Origin: Promethearchaeota archaeon Loki_b32
GTDB lineage: Archaea; Asgardarchaeota; Lokiarchaeia; Sigyniarchaeales; SOKP01
DNA length: 64,000 nucleotides
NCBI GenBank assembly: GCA_005223125.1
Contig: NJBH01000003.1
Location: 128,001 to 192,000 of the forward strand
Reading direction: 5' to 3'
Both the position numbers and the translations under genes were made by a program. Numbering within the stretch: the first letter of the stretch is position 1; each line of letters begins with the position of its first letter. Positions 11,106 to 21,310 of the stretch are shown here, piece by piece. The notes under the pieces were generated by a model, which worked only from the letters and a program-made list of their open reading frames with translations, was not told the origin of the DNA and made no database searches.

Positions 11106-12566
11106 ATGTCAGCTTCATTAGACAAATTGTTAAGAGATGCTAGAATCGATCTGGTATTATCAAGGATCGAAAAGGACTTATCAGTAATAAATAAGGTTAT
11201 TAGCCATTTAAGCAGTGAAATCAGATCTATAAAATTCAATTCAATACACGTTCTAGGACTCTTAGAGGAAAGATCAGAAAAAGGAATCCCAAAGTTAATC
11301 GAACTCTTAGGAAGTGATGACTGGAGCATCTGTCGCGAAGCAGTACGCTCATTGGGGAAGATTGGGAGCATTGCTAAAAATGCAGTACCAAAATTATCGG
11401 ATTTATTAAGTAATAAAGAAGTATCAATCCGAAAAGAAGCTGCGATTGCTCTCGGCAAAATTGGAAATGCTACAGATCAATCAATTCCTAGTTTAATCAT
11501 GGCATGCAATGATGAAGATGAAGATGTGAGAATGGAAGTAGCCAAAACTATCGGTGAGTTAGGTGCAGATGCTCAAGGAGCAATCCCTGAATTAATGAAG
11601 TGCCTTAAAGATGTAAACTGGAAAGTTAGAACTGCTTCTGCTCAATCAATTAGTCAAATAGGGAGAGAATCTATAACAGCAATACCGAGTTTGATTAGTG
11701 CCTTGGATGATAATGATTGGAGAGTGCGATATCGAGTTGTAAATACTTTATCAGAAATAGGAGAAGAAGCTGTTCCACATCTTATAAATAAATTGACTAG
11801 CAAAAGTGCGATAGTTAGAAAAGGAGCAATAGATGCATTGAGCGAAATGAAAATTGCTGATCCTAAAATCATCAATAGTATCTCTCTTTTACTCACTGAT
11901 AATGTAGAAGCGGTTCGAGGTAAAACTGCTGATGCACTTCGGAATATCGGTAAGGCAGCTATTCCGGCATTAATTGAAATATACGATTTTTATTCTAAGA
12001 ATTATGTCTTTCATTTTATCATTCCTATCTCTAATAAAGAAATGCAAATTCTCGTTATTTCAGCTATTGGTGGAATTGGTGAGGAAGCAAAAGAAGCAAT
12101 TCCTTTTGTTATTGAACGATTAACAGATAAAAGAAAACTGATTCGTGTTGAAGCTGCACGAGCATTAGGAAGAATAGGTACAGAATCTGGATTAGCTGCT
12201 GTCGCTCTATTTCATGCACTAACCGATAAAAAAAGTTTAGTACGCAAGGAAGCGGCTCTTGCTTTAGGAAAAGTGGGGTACTCTGCTGGATTAGCAATCT
12301 CATCGTTAATAATCACTTTAAGGGATAAGAACCCAGATGTTAGGTGGAGAGCATCTGATACACTAGGGATTATCGGAGAGAGTTTTTCAGATATAATAAA
12401 AAGAGCTCTTGAATTAGATGATAAAGAAGCAATTTTTAAGGCAGTTGAATTACTTAGAATAGGATTAAATGAAATTATTTCGAGCTTAACAGATTTAAGG
12501 CAAGATGAATGTGATTATGTATGCGAAGCAGCTCTAAGCGCTCTAGATACTTTGACTGAAGAATAA
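11106..12566 (+). CDS. HEAT-repeat (PBS lyase-like) protein
   Basis: Repeated L.D....VR..AA.ALG.IG....A+P.L units. Confidence 0.9.
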   Translation: MSASLDKLLRDARIDLVLSRIEKDLSVINKVISHLSSEIRSIKFNSIHVLGLLEERSEKGIPKLIELLGSDDWSICREAVRSLGKIGSIAKNAVPKLSDLLSNKEVSIRKEAAIALGKIGNATDQSIPSLIMACNDEDEDVRMEVAKTIGELGADAQGAIPELMKCLKDVNWKVRTASAQSISQIGRESITAIPSLISALDDNDWRVRYRVVNTLSEIGEEAVPHLINKLTSKSAIVRKGAIDALSEMKIADPKIINSISLLLTDNVEAVRGKTADALRNIGKAAIPALIEIYDFYSKNYVFHFIIPISNKEMQILVISAIGGIGEEAKEAIPFVIERLTDKRKLIRVEAARALGRIGTESGLAAVALFHALTDKKSLVRKEAALALGKVGYSAGLAISSLIITLRDKNPDVRWRASDTLGIIGESFSDIIKRALELDDKEAIFKAVELLRIGLNEIISSLTDLRQDECDYVCEAALSALDTLTEE

Positions 12567-12650
12567 CTTAAAAAATCATTAACTTTTTTTAAATATAATA
12601 TAGATCATTGAAATTAAATTAAAACTAAAGAATAAGAGGAAATTAAAAAA

Positions 12651-14348
12651 ATGAGTGAAAACCCCTACGCTGAAAAGCCTTGGTTAAGTAGTTATGACGA
12701 AGGCGTTCCAAGTCACATTGATTATCCTGAAATGAATATCTATGAGTTTCTGGATAATTCAGCAAAAGAATTTGGCTCACGAACAGCCATATGGTTTTTA
12801 AAAAACAAAATATCATATAAAAAATTAAAAGATATAACAGATAGACTTGCTACTGCACTTGTTAATTTAGGGGCTAAAAAAGGCGACGTTATTGCTATAA
12901 TGATCCCAAATTTTCCCCAATTCATAATGAGTTATTATGCTATCTTAAAAGCAGGGTGTATTTCAACAGCAGTTAGTGTTCTCCATACTGAATACGAATT
13001 AGCTTATCAGTTAAACGATTCGGGAGCCAAGATATTAATTGCTTGGGATAATCAAGTAGAGAAAATAAATAAAATAAAAGATAGAACACCGCTTAGGCAT
13101 ATAATAATAACGAATTTATTCGACTATGCTCCCTTAGCTAATCCATTGGGTAAAAAAGATCCCCCTGAAATTGCAGGAACATTACAATTCCTTAATTTAG
13201 TTAATAAAACAAAACCTAATCCACCTAAATTTGAAATCAATGCTAAAGAAGATGTAGCATGCCTCCAATACACAGGAGGAACTTCAGGATTACCTAAAGG
13301 AGCAATGCTTACACATTATAACATTGTATCTAATTGTACCGCTATTTACATTTGGAATATTTCAGAAGTCCGGAAGGGCAAAGATACCGCTCTCACAAAT
13401 TTACCACTATTTCATATATATGGTCAAACTGTTTGTATGAATTTTGCGATTTCTACAGGTACTACTATTGCTTTGAATCCCGATCCTCGAGACCAAAAAT
13501 CTTTATTTGAGATAATTCGAGCAACAAGACCTGCTTTATTCCCCGGTGTTCCGACAATGTACATGCGTTTATTAGAACGAGATGATCTTGAAGACTATGC
13601 TAAGGATCTTAAATCGATTAGAGTATGTAATACCGGTGCAGCCCCCATGCCTCCTGAAGTCTTAAAAGAGTTTGAAGAAAGAACTGGAGGTAAAATAATC
13701 GAAGGATATGGAATGACAGAGACATCACCAGTAACTATTGTAAATCCTATAAATGGTGTAAGAAAAATAGGTTCAGTTGGATTTCCTTATCCCGATACTG
13801 ATGTTAAAATAGTCGATATTGATGATTATACTAAAATTGTTCCACAAGGGGAATCAGGTGAAATTATGATAAAAGGACCTCAAGTTATGAAAGGATATTG
13901 GAATAAGCCTGAAGAAACTGTTAATCAATTGAAGGGGGATTGGCTTTTAACTGGAGATATAGCAAGAATGGATGAAGACGGCTATTTCTTCATTGTAGAT
14001 AGAAAGAAAGACATGATTAACGTTAGTGGATTTAAAGTATACCCCAGAGAAATCGAAGATGTGTTATTTGAACACGAAGCTATTGAAAATGCTGCCATAA
14101 TAGGAATTCCTGACCCTAACCTTCCTGGAAGTGAAAAAGTTAAGGGTTTTATCGTGTTAAAAGATGGTTATAAAGAATCAGATGAAATGACAGCCGAAAT
14201 AAAGGAATTCTGTCGAAAAAATGTGTCCCCATATAAAGTTCCTAAGTTTATTGAATTTCGTAAAGAGCTACCAGAGACACTTGTGGGAAAAGTATTACGA
14301 AAGGACCTGAAAGTAATAGAGGCTAAGCGCAGAGGAGAAGAAGTATAA
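12651..14348 (+). CDS. fadD: Long-chain fatty acid-CoA ligase
   Basis: QYTGGTSGLPKG, EGYGMTE, TGD, DRKKDMI. Confidence 0.9.
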   Translation: MSENPYAEKPWLSSYDEGVPSHIDYPEMNIYEFLDNSAKEFGSRTAIWFLKNKISYKKLKDITDRLATALVNLGAKKGDVIAIMIPNFPQFIMSYYAILKAGCISTAVSVLHTEYELAYQLNDSGAKILIAWDNQVEKINKIKDRTPLRHIIITNLFDYAPLANPLGKKDPPEIAGTLQFLNLVNKTKPNPPKFEINAKEDVACLQYTGGTSGLPKGAMLTHYNIVSNCTAIYIWNISEVRKGKDTALTNLPLFHIYGQTVCMNFAISTGTTIALNPDPRDQKSLFEIIRATRPALFPGVPTMYMRLLERDDLEDYAKDLKSIRVCNTGAAPMPPEVLKEFEERTGGKIIEGYGMTETSPVTIVNPINGVRKIGSVGFPYPDTDVKIVDIDDYTKIVPQGESGEIMIKGPQVMKGYWNKPEETVNQLKGDWLLTGDIARMDEDGYFFIVDRKKDMINVSGFKVYPREIEDVLFEHEAIENAAIIGIPDPNLPGSEKVKGFIVLKDGYKESDEMTAEIKEFCRKNVSPYKVPKFIEFRKELPETLVGKVLRKDLKVIEAKRRGEEV

Positions 14349-14364
14349 ATTTCTATAAATGTTT

Positions 14365-14535
14365 TTAATTTAAATTATTTTTCTTCCATTTTTTTAAAAA
14401 GTTCTTAAAGTTATCTTCAGAAATACCAATAGAAGTAGTTGATTGTGTTTCAATCTTTTTTTCTGATTCAGACTTAATCTTGAACGATTTTTCCCAATCA
14501 TAAAAAGAATCATAATTAGAAATTGCTTTTGACAT
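14365..14535 (-). CDS. Small hypothetical protein (56 aa), below the ORF-track cutoff
   Basis: Manual translation: MSKAISNYDSFYDWEKSFKIK...FKNFLKKWKKNNLN*. Fills an otherwise empty gap. Confidence 0.5.
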   Translation of the reverse strand: MSKAISNYDSFYDWEKSFKIKSESEKKIETQSTTSIGISEDNFKNFLKKWKKNNLN

Positions 14536-14562
14536 AATATTATTATCAAATTTTATACAAAT

Positions 14563-14585
14563 AAACCGATACAGTGTATCAGTTT
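14563..14585. promoter_or_regulatory. Palindromic operator candidate
   Basis: AAACCGATACA-G-TGTATCAGTTT, 10/11 arm match, about 30 bp upstream of the small ORF at 14535. Confidence 0.5.
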
Positions 14586-14739
14586 TCTAATAGGCATACA
14601 AATAATACAAATTTGTCTATTTAGATTTAAGTCTTATAATCTATAATTCGTGCCAAAAGCACAAAAAAATGAATTTAACAAAGATATATAAGTGAGAACT
14701 TTCACGGACTATATAGTAGTAAAGTATCCGACAAAAATA

Positions 14740-15765
14740 TTAGATTTTTAATTTGCTGGCTAGAGTGTATTCCTTTCTGGGTTTACCAGTGGCTCCCTTT
14801 ATCTCTGATTCTTTAATAATACCCTCATTAATTAAGAAATTTAATATTTCTCTTAGTTTTCCCCCTCCCACTCTTGATTGAGTACTTAATTCTCTTGTCA
14901 TTATAGGTTGTTTTGCTTTGATTACATCTAAAATAGTTTGAATAGGTTCAGGGAATTCAATTTTTATCTGTTTCTCAACTGTTTTAATCTCCATAAACCG
15001 TTTCGACTGCTCTACAAATGTAGGCCCATAAAAACCATCAAAATGAAGAATATCATCATCAATAAAATTTATTGCATTTAAGTATTTTCCATCAATAAGT
15101 ATTACACCTACATTGACTAAAATATCATTGTATCTAGCTCTCTGACAAGTACGTTCTTTAGTTTGAATTATAGTTATTTTGACTCTACTTAAAATATCTG
15201 TAATTAAATTAAAATAATTGTTAATTGAATCGAAATCTGCATTAGAGAAATATAATTTGATTTGCACTCCTCTCATATATGCATTATATAGAACAGATTC
15301 GATTTTTTTTAAAAGTATTGGCGGTAAAGAAGATAAAACAATCTCTTCCATGGAATTTTCAATTAATTCAAAAAAATTATTCATAGCTAAATTTAAATCC
15401 GAATAATGGTAAAAAGGAACATTCTTAAGGCAAACTCCTTGAACACTTTCTTCAATATTAACCTTTTCTTCTATCTTATCTATTTGTTTTTTGAAATTTT
15501 TTACTCGATCTTCCAAGACTTTCGTCAAGGCTATTTTTGGATCAATTCTATAAAATTTTTTATTTTTTTCACTCTTAGTTGAGAAAATCAATCCCATGTC
15601 TTCTAAAACTGACAAGTTGTAATTTACTTGGGAATAAGAGAGATTCAATTCTTCCTTCAATTCAATAACCGCCCCACTTTTATTCTCTATAATATAATCA
15701 TACAATTTAATTTGTACTTCAGATAATCCAATGTCTCTTAAGTAAGGATGATATTTTTTAAGCAT
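14740..15765 (-). CDS. TrmB-family transcriptional regulator with extra C-terminal wHTH
   Basis: GLSEVQIKLY...L..LEDMGLI N-terminal wHTH, PLD-like middle (ILIDGK), C-terminal GKPRKEY wing. Confidence 0.75.
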   Translation of the reverse strand: MLKKYHPYLRDIGLSEVQIKLYDYIIENKSGAVIELKEELNLSYSQVNYNLSVLEDMGLIFSTKSEKNKKFYRIDPKIALTKVLEDRVKNFKKQIDKIEEKVNIEESVQGVCLKNVPFYHYSDLNLAMNNFFELIENSMEEIVLSSLPPILLKKIESVLYNAYMRGVQIKLYFSNADFDSINNYFNLITDILSRVKITIIQTKERTCQRARYNDILVNVGVILIDGKYLNAINFIDDDILHFDGFYGPTFVEQSKRFMEIKTVEKQIKIEFPEPIQTILDVIKAKQPIMTRELSTQSRVGGGKLREILNFLINEGIIKESEIKGATGKPRKEYTLASKLKI

Positions 15766-15902
15766 AATTAAATTTTCAACTTTCAGGTGTTAAAAATAGT
15801 ATGTGACACAATTAAGAAGTAATTTACAATATATATTAGTTTTTTATGAGTAAGATTATTCCTTTAAATTAATAGAAAAAAACAAATTTAATGTGAAAAA
15901 AA

Positions 15903-16040
15903 ATGGCTCAATGTAAAGATTGCAAATTTTATAAACCATTAGATGATACGAAAGGCGATTGTTTTGGCCATGAAGTTCCTGCGGGCTTAGATTCAGATAA
16001 ATGCCCTACAAAAAGCTTCCAACCGCGAGACCAGATTTAA
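15903..16040 (+). CDS. 45-aa four-Cys miniprotein, benzylsuccinate synthase gamma subunit-like
   Basis: Manual translation: MAQCKDCKFYKPLDDTKGDCFGHEVPAGLDSDKCPTKSFQPRDQI*. Confidence 0.7.
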   Translation: MAQCKDCKFYKPLDDTKGDCFGHEVPAGLDSDKCPTKSFQPRDQI

Positions 16041-16066
16041 AATGGGAGATATTTTTTATAATAACT

Positions 16067-16375
16067 ATGATTACACAGTTCTTTTATTCATTCGAAGTTT
16101 TACAGCAGAATGAAGAGAAGTTTGTAGAGTATATGAACAACTATGGTATACCAGTAATGTCAAAATACTGTAAAAATTGGCAATTATTCAAACAAAAAGC
16201 GACATTAAGAGGAAACAATGCTCCTCAATATATCGGTTATTTTGAAATTCCTGATATTGATTCTTTCTTTAAAACTGATCCACCTGAAGAAATGACAACA
16301 ACAATAGAAGAAGCTTCAAAAGTTTGCTCAAATGTAAAGGAATGGATTGCAGAACAAATAGCTTCAAATATTTAA
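16067..16375 (+). CDS. Hypothetical protein, possibly EthD-like dimeric alpha/beta barrel
   Basis: Start moved to ATG 16067 because 16001-16040 belongs to the upstream miniprotein. Motif F.EYM...GIP...Y.GYFEI. Confidence 0.55.
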   Translation: MITQFFYSFEVLQQNEEKFVEYMNNYGIPVMSKYCKNWQLFKQKATLRGNNAPQYIGYFEIPDIDSFFKTDPPEEMTTTIEEASKVCSNVKEWIAEQIASNI

Positions 16376-16389
16376 TAAAAGGTTAGAAG

Positions 16390-17022
16390 GTGAAGATTAT
16401 TCCAGCAAAAATAGATTTTAAAAAAACTCAAAAAGAATTATATCAACCTAGTTCTAAAGAAGTTGTAATGATTAAAGTACCTGAAATGCAATTCTTGATG
16501 ATTGATGGTATGGGTTCACCTGGTGATTCCCAAGAGTACCAAAACGCACTTGCTGCTCTATATCCTGTAGCGTTTAAAACGAAATTCTTAAGCAAAGCAA
16601 AAGGAAAAGACTATGTTGTACCTCCTTTAGAAGGTCTCTGGTGGGCTGATGATATGAATGATTTTCGATCAGGAAACCGAGACAAATGGAAATGGACTAT
16701 GATGATAAGGCAACCAGATTGGATCACAGAGAAATTTATTGAAGAAGCAATTGAAATAACTAAAAAAAATAAACCGGAACTTTCTGAACTACTTGATAAA
16801 CTACGTTTTGAAAGATATAATGAGGGTCAGTGTGCTCAAATTATGCATCTTGGTCCTTTTTCAGAAGAAGGACCTACAGTAGATAAAGTTCATAACTTTA
16901 TAGAAGATCAAAATGGGAAATTTGATGGGTTTAATCAAAAACATCATGAAATATATCTAAGTGATCCAAGAAAATCAAAACCAGAAAACATGAAAACTGT
17001 AATAAGACAACCGTTTGATTAA
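16390..17022 (+). CDS. GyrI-like small-molecule-binding protein
   Basis: FLMIDG.G.P, PPLEGLWW, HHEIYLSDPR. Confidence 0.88.
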   Translation: MKIIPAKIDFKKTQKELYQPSSKEVVMIKVPEMQFLMIDGMGSPGDSQEYQNALAALYPVAFKTKFLSKAKGKDYVVPPLEGLWWADDMNDFRSGNRDKWKWTMMIRQPDWITEKFIEEAIEITKKNKPELSELLDKLRFERYNEGQCAQIMHLGPFSEEGPTVDKVHNFIEDQNGKFDGFNQKHHEIYLSDPRKSKPENMKTVIRQPFD

Positions 17023-17133
17023 AATTTGGAAAGTATAAAATAATTTTTTCTTTTATTCTATTTTAATTCATTGTTCTCAAAATATAAAGCATTACCTAAA
17101 TTTAATTTGTTTCATTAAATTTAAAATAATAAG

Positions 17134-19722
17134 ATGTTTATTTATTTAGAGAATTTAGATGTATCGGAAGATATCGAAAAAGATTTATTTTTAATTCCTC
17201 AACCTCGTTACTTTAAATTTAAAAATTTTAAAAAATCCAAAATTACAGACCAATCTAAATTATTCACAGACTTAGAAGAAGACTATTCTTTTATTATTAA
17301 ACAGTTTCAAGAAAAATTAGAATATTTTGGTTTAAAAAAAGAAATAGAAGTTCACTATGTCCATGATGTTAATAGATTTCCAAAAATTGAATCGTTTTTA
17401 GAAAATAATAAAAAATTATTTCCAGATAAGCTTTATCAGAAAATCTTAAATGAACAAAATTATACTGATCAAGGATACATTTTAGTTTCTCAAGAATCTT
17501 CTATATATATCGAAGCACCCTCATACCAAGGGATATTCTATGGTATCCAAACATTAATTCAATTATTAAATTCAAGTCAGGATAAATTATCTATAAACGA
17601 AGTAAGAATAATTGATTATCCTGCATTAAAAATTAGAGGTGTTTCAGATGATATTTCAAGAGGTCAATCACCTACTATTGCGAATTTAAAGAAATTCATC
17701 AAAGAATTAAGTCACTACAAAATTAATCAGTATTTTTTAGTATACATGAATGATATGTTTAAATTTTCTAATCACCCTAAAATTGGAAAGGATCGAGGGG
17801 GTTTCTCAAAAGAAGATATCATAGAATTATTGGTTTTCGCAAAAGAACACTTTATTGAAGTGATTCCAGTTTTTCAAACTATTGGTCATTGGGATAATAT
17901 TCTAAATAATCCAGATTATTGGGAGTATGGGGAATTTCCCGGTTCTAATAGTTTAAATATAGCTAATGAAAAGATCTATGAACTTTTGGATGAAATGATA
18001 GGTGAATTGAGTACTGCTTTTAGTTCTGAGTATTTTCATATTGGAGCAGATGAAAGTTGGGATGTTGGAAAACTAGGTTCAAGAGAAATGGTGGAAAATA
18101 TTGGCATTGGACAGGCTTATCTTAACCATTATAAAAAAGTATATGAAATTGTGAAGAAATATGGGTATAAGAAAGTGATTATTTACCATGACATTCTCTA
18201 TAAATATAAAGAAGTCCTCGAAGGTTTACCAAAAGATGTAATAATAATGTACTGGAAATATAATACCCACAAAAATCATCCTATAATAAAGAAAATTAAA
18301 AAATATAATTTTCCATTAATAGTAAGCCCATCTATTATGGATTATAATCGGATTTTCCCTTCTTTTGATAAATATGAAAAAAATATTATAAATTTAATCA
18401 AATTTGGTTATGAAAATGGCGCAATTGGAGAAATAACCTCGAGCTGGGGCGATTATCGGAATAAGGAAATTCGAGAAAATCGATTTTATGGATTTATTTT
18501 TTCTGCTATGATTGGATGGGATCCAACTAGAGAAATTAATACTTTTTATTTTTGGAAGGGTTTATTTCTTCACTTTTTTGGTATTATAGATATCAAACTA
18601 ATCCATATTTTAAGCAAATTTCGTTCAATCCAAGATAGAAGCCTTTTATTTGTGCGTCCTACTGCATACTTTAATCACTTTTTTGCTCATCCATATTCAA
18701 ATAACACGACGAGACATAAAAAAAATATAAAAACTTCCAAGTTTGATAGGTTGGTAACTGATTTGAATGAAATTGTAAAAAATTGTGAAGAGTTAGAAGA
18801 GAAAGTCCTCAGAAATAAAATTAATATTAGAAATCTTGCGTTTGTTGCAAAACACAATAGATTTTTCTGCAAAAAAAGATTGAATTCAAAATCCTTGGTA
18901 GGAGTTAAGTTTTTTAGTGAAGATTATAAAGATCAGAAAATCAATGAAATTAGAGATTTATTATCTGATTTAACATTATTATTAGAAGAATATGAAATTT
19001 TGTGGTTAGAAAGTGCAAAAAAGGAAGGATTTGAGTCAATTAAAAGGTTATATTTATGGTTAATAAAGTTTTATGAAGAAAAAATTGAACAATTACAAAA
19101 TAATATAAATTGGAAAAATCCTAATATCCCTAGTGAGTTAATATATCTAGATAATGAATCTTTACAGACAGTTCATACAACTTATTATAAGTATGTGATA
19201 AATATTGAAGGAAAAATAGAAGCTGCTTATCTACAGGTAATTGCAGGTACTTTTGCCAAAATTTTCGTAAATAACTCATATATAGGGCATACAATTACAA
19301 GACATTCACTTAATTTTATTGTAATAGAAAATAATATTCAAATATTTGATATAAAGGAATGTCTCAATCAAGGAGAAAATGAAATTAGAATTGAAAATTC
19401 TGATTTTATTGGTGGTATAGGTCCTATAAATATTTATGGCGAAATTGAATTATTGAATGAAGAAAGAATTGAAATATCGACTGATAAGACATGGTTGGCT
19501 ACGAGAAAATTAAATGGAGAGTGGAGAGGGGTAAAAAGTTTTGGTAGGCCTCCTAAAGGTACTGGAGGTTTATATTATCCAGATTTTAAAAATTCCCTAC
19601 ACTCAAAAGAAAATGATGCTCTAGCATTTTTAAATTCAATTGTGAGTAGAAAATCTAGAAGATCTTTTTGGCTATTAAAAATGGTATTTAGGCTTTTTTA
19701 TCGCTTAAGTATTTTAGTATAA
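17134..19722 (+). CDS. Glycoside hydrolase family 20 (beta-N-acetylhexosaminidase-like) with C-terminal beta-sandwich
   Basis: DYP...RG..DDISR, catalytic HIGADE. Confidence 0.85.
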   Translation: MFIYLENLDVSEDIEKDLFLIPQPRYFKFKNFKKSKITDQSKLFTDLEEDYSFIIKQFQEKLEYFGLKKEIEVHYVHDVNRFPKIESFLENNKKLFPDKLYQKILNEQNYTDQGYILVSQESSIYIEAPSYQGIFYGIQTLIQLLNSSQDKLSINEVRIIDYPALKIRGVSDDISRGQSPTIANLKKFIKELSHYKINQYFLVYMNDMFKFSNHPKIGKDRGGFSKEDIIELLVFAKEHFIEVIPVFQTIGHWDNILNNPDYWEYGEFPGSNSLNIANEKIYELLDEMIGELSTAFSSEYFHIGADESWDVGKLGSREMVENIGIGQAYLNHYKKVYEIVKKYGYKKVIIYHDILYKYKEVLEGLPKDVIIMYWKYNTHKNHPIIKKIKKYNFPLIVSPSIMDYNRIFPSFDKYEKNIINLIKFGYENGAIGEITSSWGDYRNKEIRENRFYGFIFSAMIGWDPTREINTFYFWKGLFLHFFGIIDIKLIHILSKFRSIQDRSLLFVRPTAYFNHFFAHPYSNNTTRHKKNIKTSKFDRLVTDLNEIVKNCEELEEKVLRNKINIRNLAFVAKHNRFFCKKRLNSKSLVGVKFFSEDYKDQKINEIRDLLSDLTLLLEEYEILWLESAKKEGFESIKRLYLWLIKFYEEKIEQLQNNINWKNPNIPSELIYLDNESLQTVHTTYYKYVINIEGKIEAAYLQVIAGTFAKIFVNNSYIGHTITRHSLNFIVIENNIQIFDIKECLNQGENEIRIENSDFIGGIGPINIYGEIELLNEERIEISTDKTWLATRKLNGEWRGVKSFGRPPKGTGGLYYPDFKNSLHSKENDALAFLNSIVSRKSRRSFWLLKMVFRLFYRLSILV

Positions 19723-19815
19723 GAAAGTATATGGAATTTCTAACAATAACATCAAAATTTATATATTCCAACCATATAGTAATTTTAATAAAAACATAAT
19801 TTATTGGTTTAGAAA

Positions 19816-19965
19816 ATGAGTAATCAAGAGCGAGAAAAAATCAATGTAAGAGATTGGATAACACTTAGCACAGTTATGACTGGTGCTGTTTTAACAATTC
19901 TAGCTTTAATTTGGCAAGTTCCACCACCTACTGCTAATCTTTTACATTATTTAATTAAAAAATAA
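19816..19965 (+). pseudogene. Short ORF with one TM segment, probable truncated N-terminus of a membrane protein
   Basis: MSNQEREKINVRDWITLSTVMTGAVLTILALIWQVPPP, then AT-rich sequence and a stop just before maoC. Confidence 0.4.
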
Positions 19966-19978
19966 TAAGAATCTGAAT

Positions 19979-20446
19979 ATGTCAAAATTAAAATTGAAGC
20001 CTTCTGATTGGAAGGATTATATAGGTAAAGAGATAGGAATCTCTGATTGGTATGAGGTAACCCAAGAGGAAATTACCGAATATGGAAAGTTAATTGGCGA
20101 TATGCAATGGATACACACCGACCCCTATCGGGCTAAAAAAGAATCTCCTTATGGAACAACTATAGCACATGGGAACTGGTTAATCTCTATTGTGGTTCCA
20201 AAATTGTTATTTCCACTTTATCGACCAATCAATACTGGAATGATCATTAATTATGGTTGGAATAAAATTAGATTCCCTGCACCAGCGCCCGTTGGAAAAC
20301 GTATTAGAAGTAATATGAAAGTGACTGACGTAAGAGAGATCGGTAATGATGCTTATGATGTAGAATACGAAATGACAATCAATGTTGAAGGAGAAAGTAA
20401 ACCATGTTGTGTAGCTAGCAAAATTACTAGGTATTATCCAAGTTAA
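19979..20446 (+). CDS. MaoC-family dehydratase
   Basis: GD.QWIHTDP..A...PYGTTIAHG, NYG.NKIRFPAP. Confidence 0.9.
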   Translation: MSKLKLKPSDWKDYIGKEIGISDWYEVTQEEITEYGKLIGDMQWIHTDPYRAKKESPYGTTIAHGNWLISIVVPKLLFPLYRPINTGMIINYGWNKIRFPAPAPVGKRIRSNMKVTDVREIGNDAYDVEYEMTINVEGESKPCCVASKITRYYPS

Positions 20447-20514
20447 AATGATACAATAGAAAAATTCAGTAATCTATTTTTTATTCATCTTTTATTTATT
20501 TTTAATGGCTACTC

Positions 20515-21306
20515 TTATTTACCAACAAAATCAGGCTCTTTTTCTTCAATTAAAGCATAAACACCTATCTTATAATCTTCGGTTTCGGCAGATTTAACTT
20601 GCATTTGTTTTTCATTTTCGAGATGATTTTCAAGGGGGGTGCTTAGAGAGTTAAAGAATAATTTCTTAGTTCTAGCATATGCTAATGTTGGCCCTCTAGC
20701 AAGTCGTTGTGCCCATTTTAGAGTAACTTCTTCTAAATTTTCATGAGAAGTAATTTCATTTATAAAACCAAGTTTAAACATTTCTTCAGCAGAATAGGTA
20801 TCTCCAAAAAAAGACATTTGAGTAGCTTGCTGCCATGTAAGTTGGCGACTGAGCAAAATTGTTCCAGCAAATCCAGGTATTAAACCAAGTTTACTAAAAG
20901 ATTGTCTAAATTTTGCATTTTCTGATGCGATAATGAAATCGCATGATAACGCAAGATTCATTCCAGCACCAATAGCCCATCCATTCACGGCCGCTATTAC
21001 TGGCTTTGGATAAAGTCGTAAGGTTATCGCAATCTTATACAAATCATTCAATGTTTCCTCCATAACTTGACCTGGCGTACCATTTTCTATACCTGATTTA
21101 AATTGCTTTATATCCCCACCAGCAGAAAAAGCTCTCCCAGAACCTATGATTATTAAACATCTCACTCCATTATTATCCTTAAGAATTTCTAAAGCATCAT
21201 ATAATTCTTTTCCAGTTTCTTTGTTTAGTGGATTTAAATTTTCAGGATCCATTAATTTTATAGTAGCAATATTGTCTCTAATTTCTAAAGTAATTTTATT
21301 TCCCAT
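20515..21306 (-). CDS. Enoyl-CoA hydratase/isomerase
   Basis: AFSAGGDI, AAVNGWAIGAG, LGLIPG. Confidence 0.9.
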   Translation of the reverse strand: MGNKITLEIRDNIATIKLMDPENLNPLNKETGKELYDALEILKDNNGVRCLIIIGSGRAFSAGGDIKQFKSGIENGTPGQVMEETLNDLYKIAITLRLYPKPVIAAVNGWAIGAGMNLALSCDFIIASENAKFRQSFSKLGLIPGFAGTILLSRQLTWQQATQMSFFGDTYSAEEMFKLGFINEITSHENLEEVTLKWAQRLARGPTLAYARTKKLFFNSLSTPLENHLENEKQMQVKSAETEDYKIGVYALIEEKEPDFVGK

Positions 21307-21310
21307 GGCT

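Noticed and set aside
16001-16066. N-terminal extension of the 124-aa ORF in the track
   Set aside because: It overlaps the Cys miniprotein in another frame. ATG 16067 is the better start.
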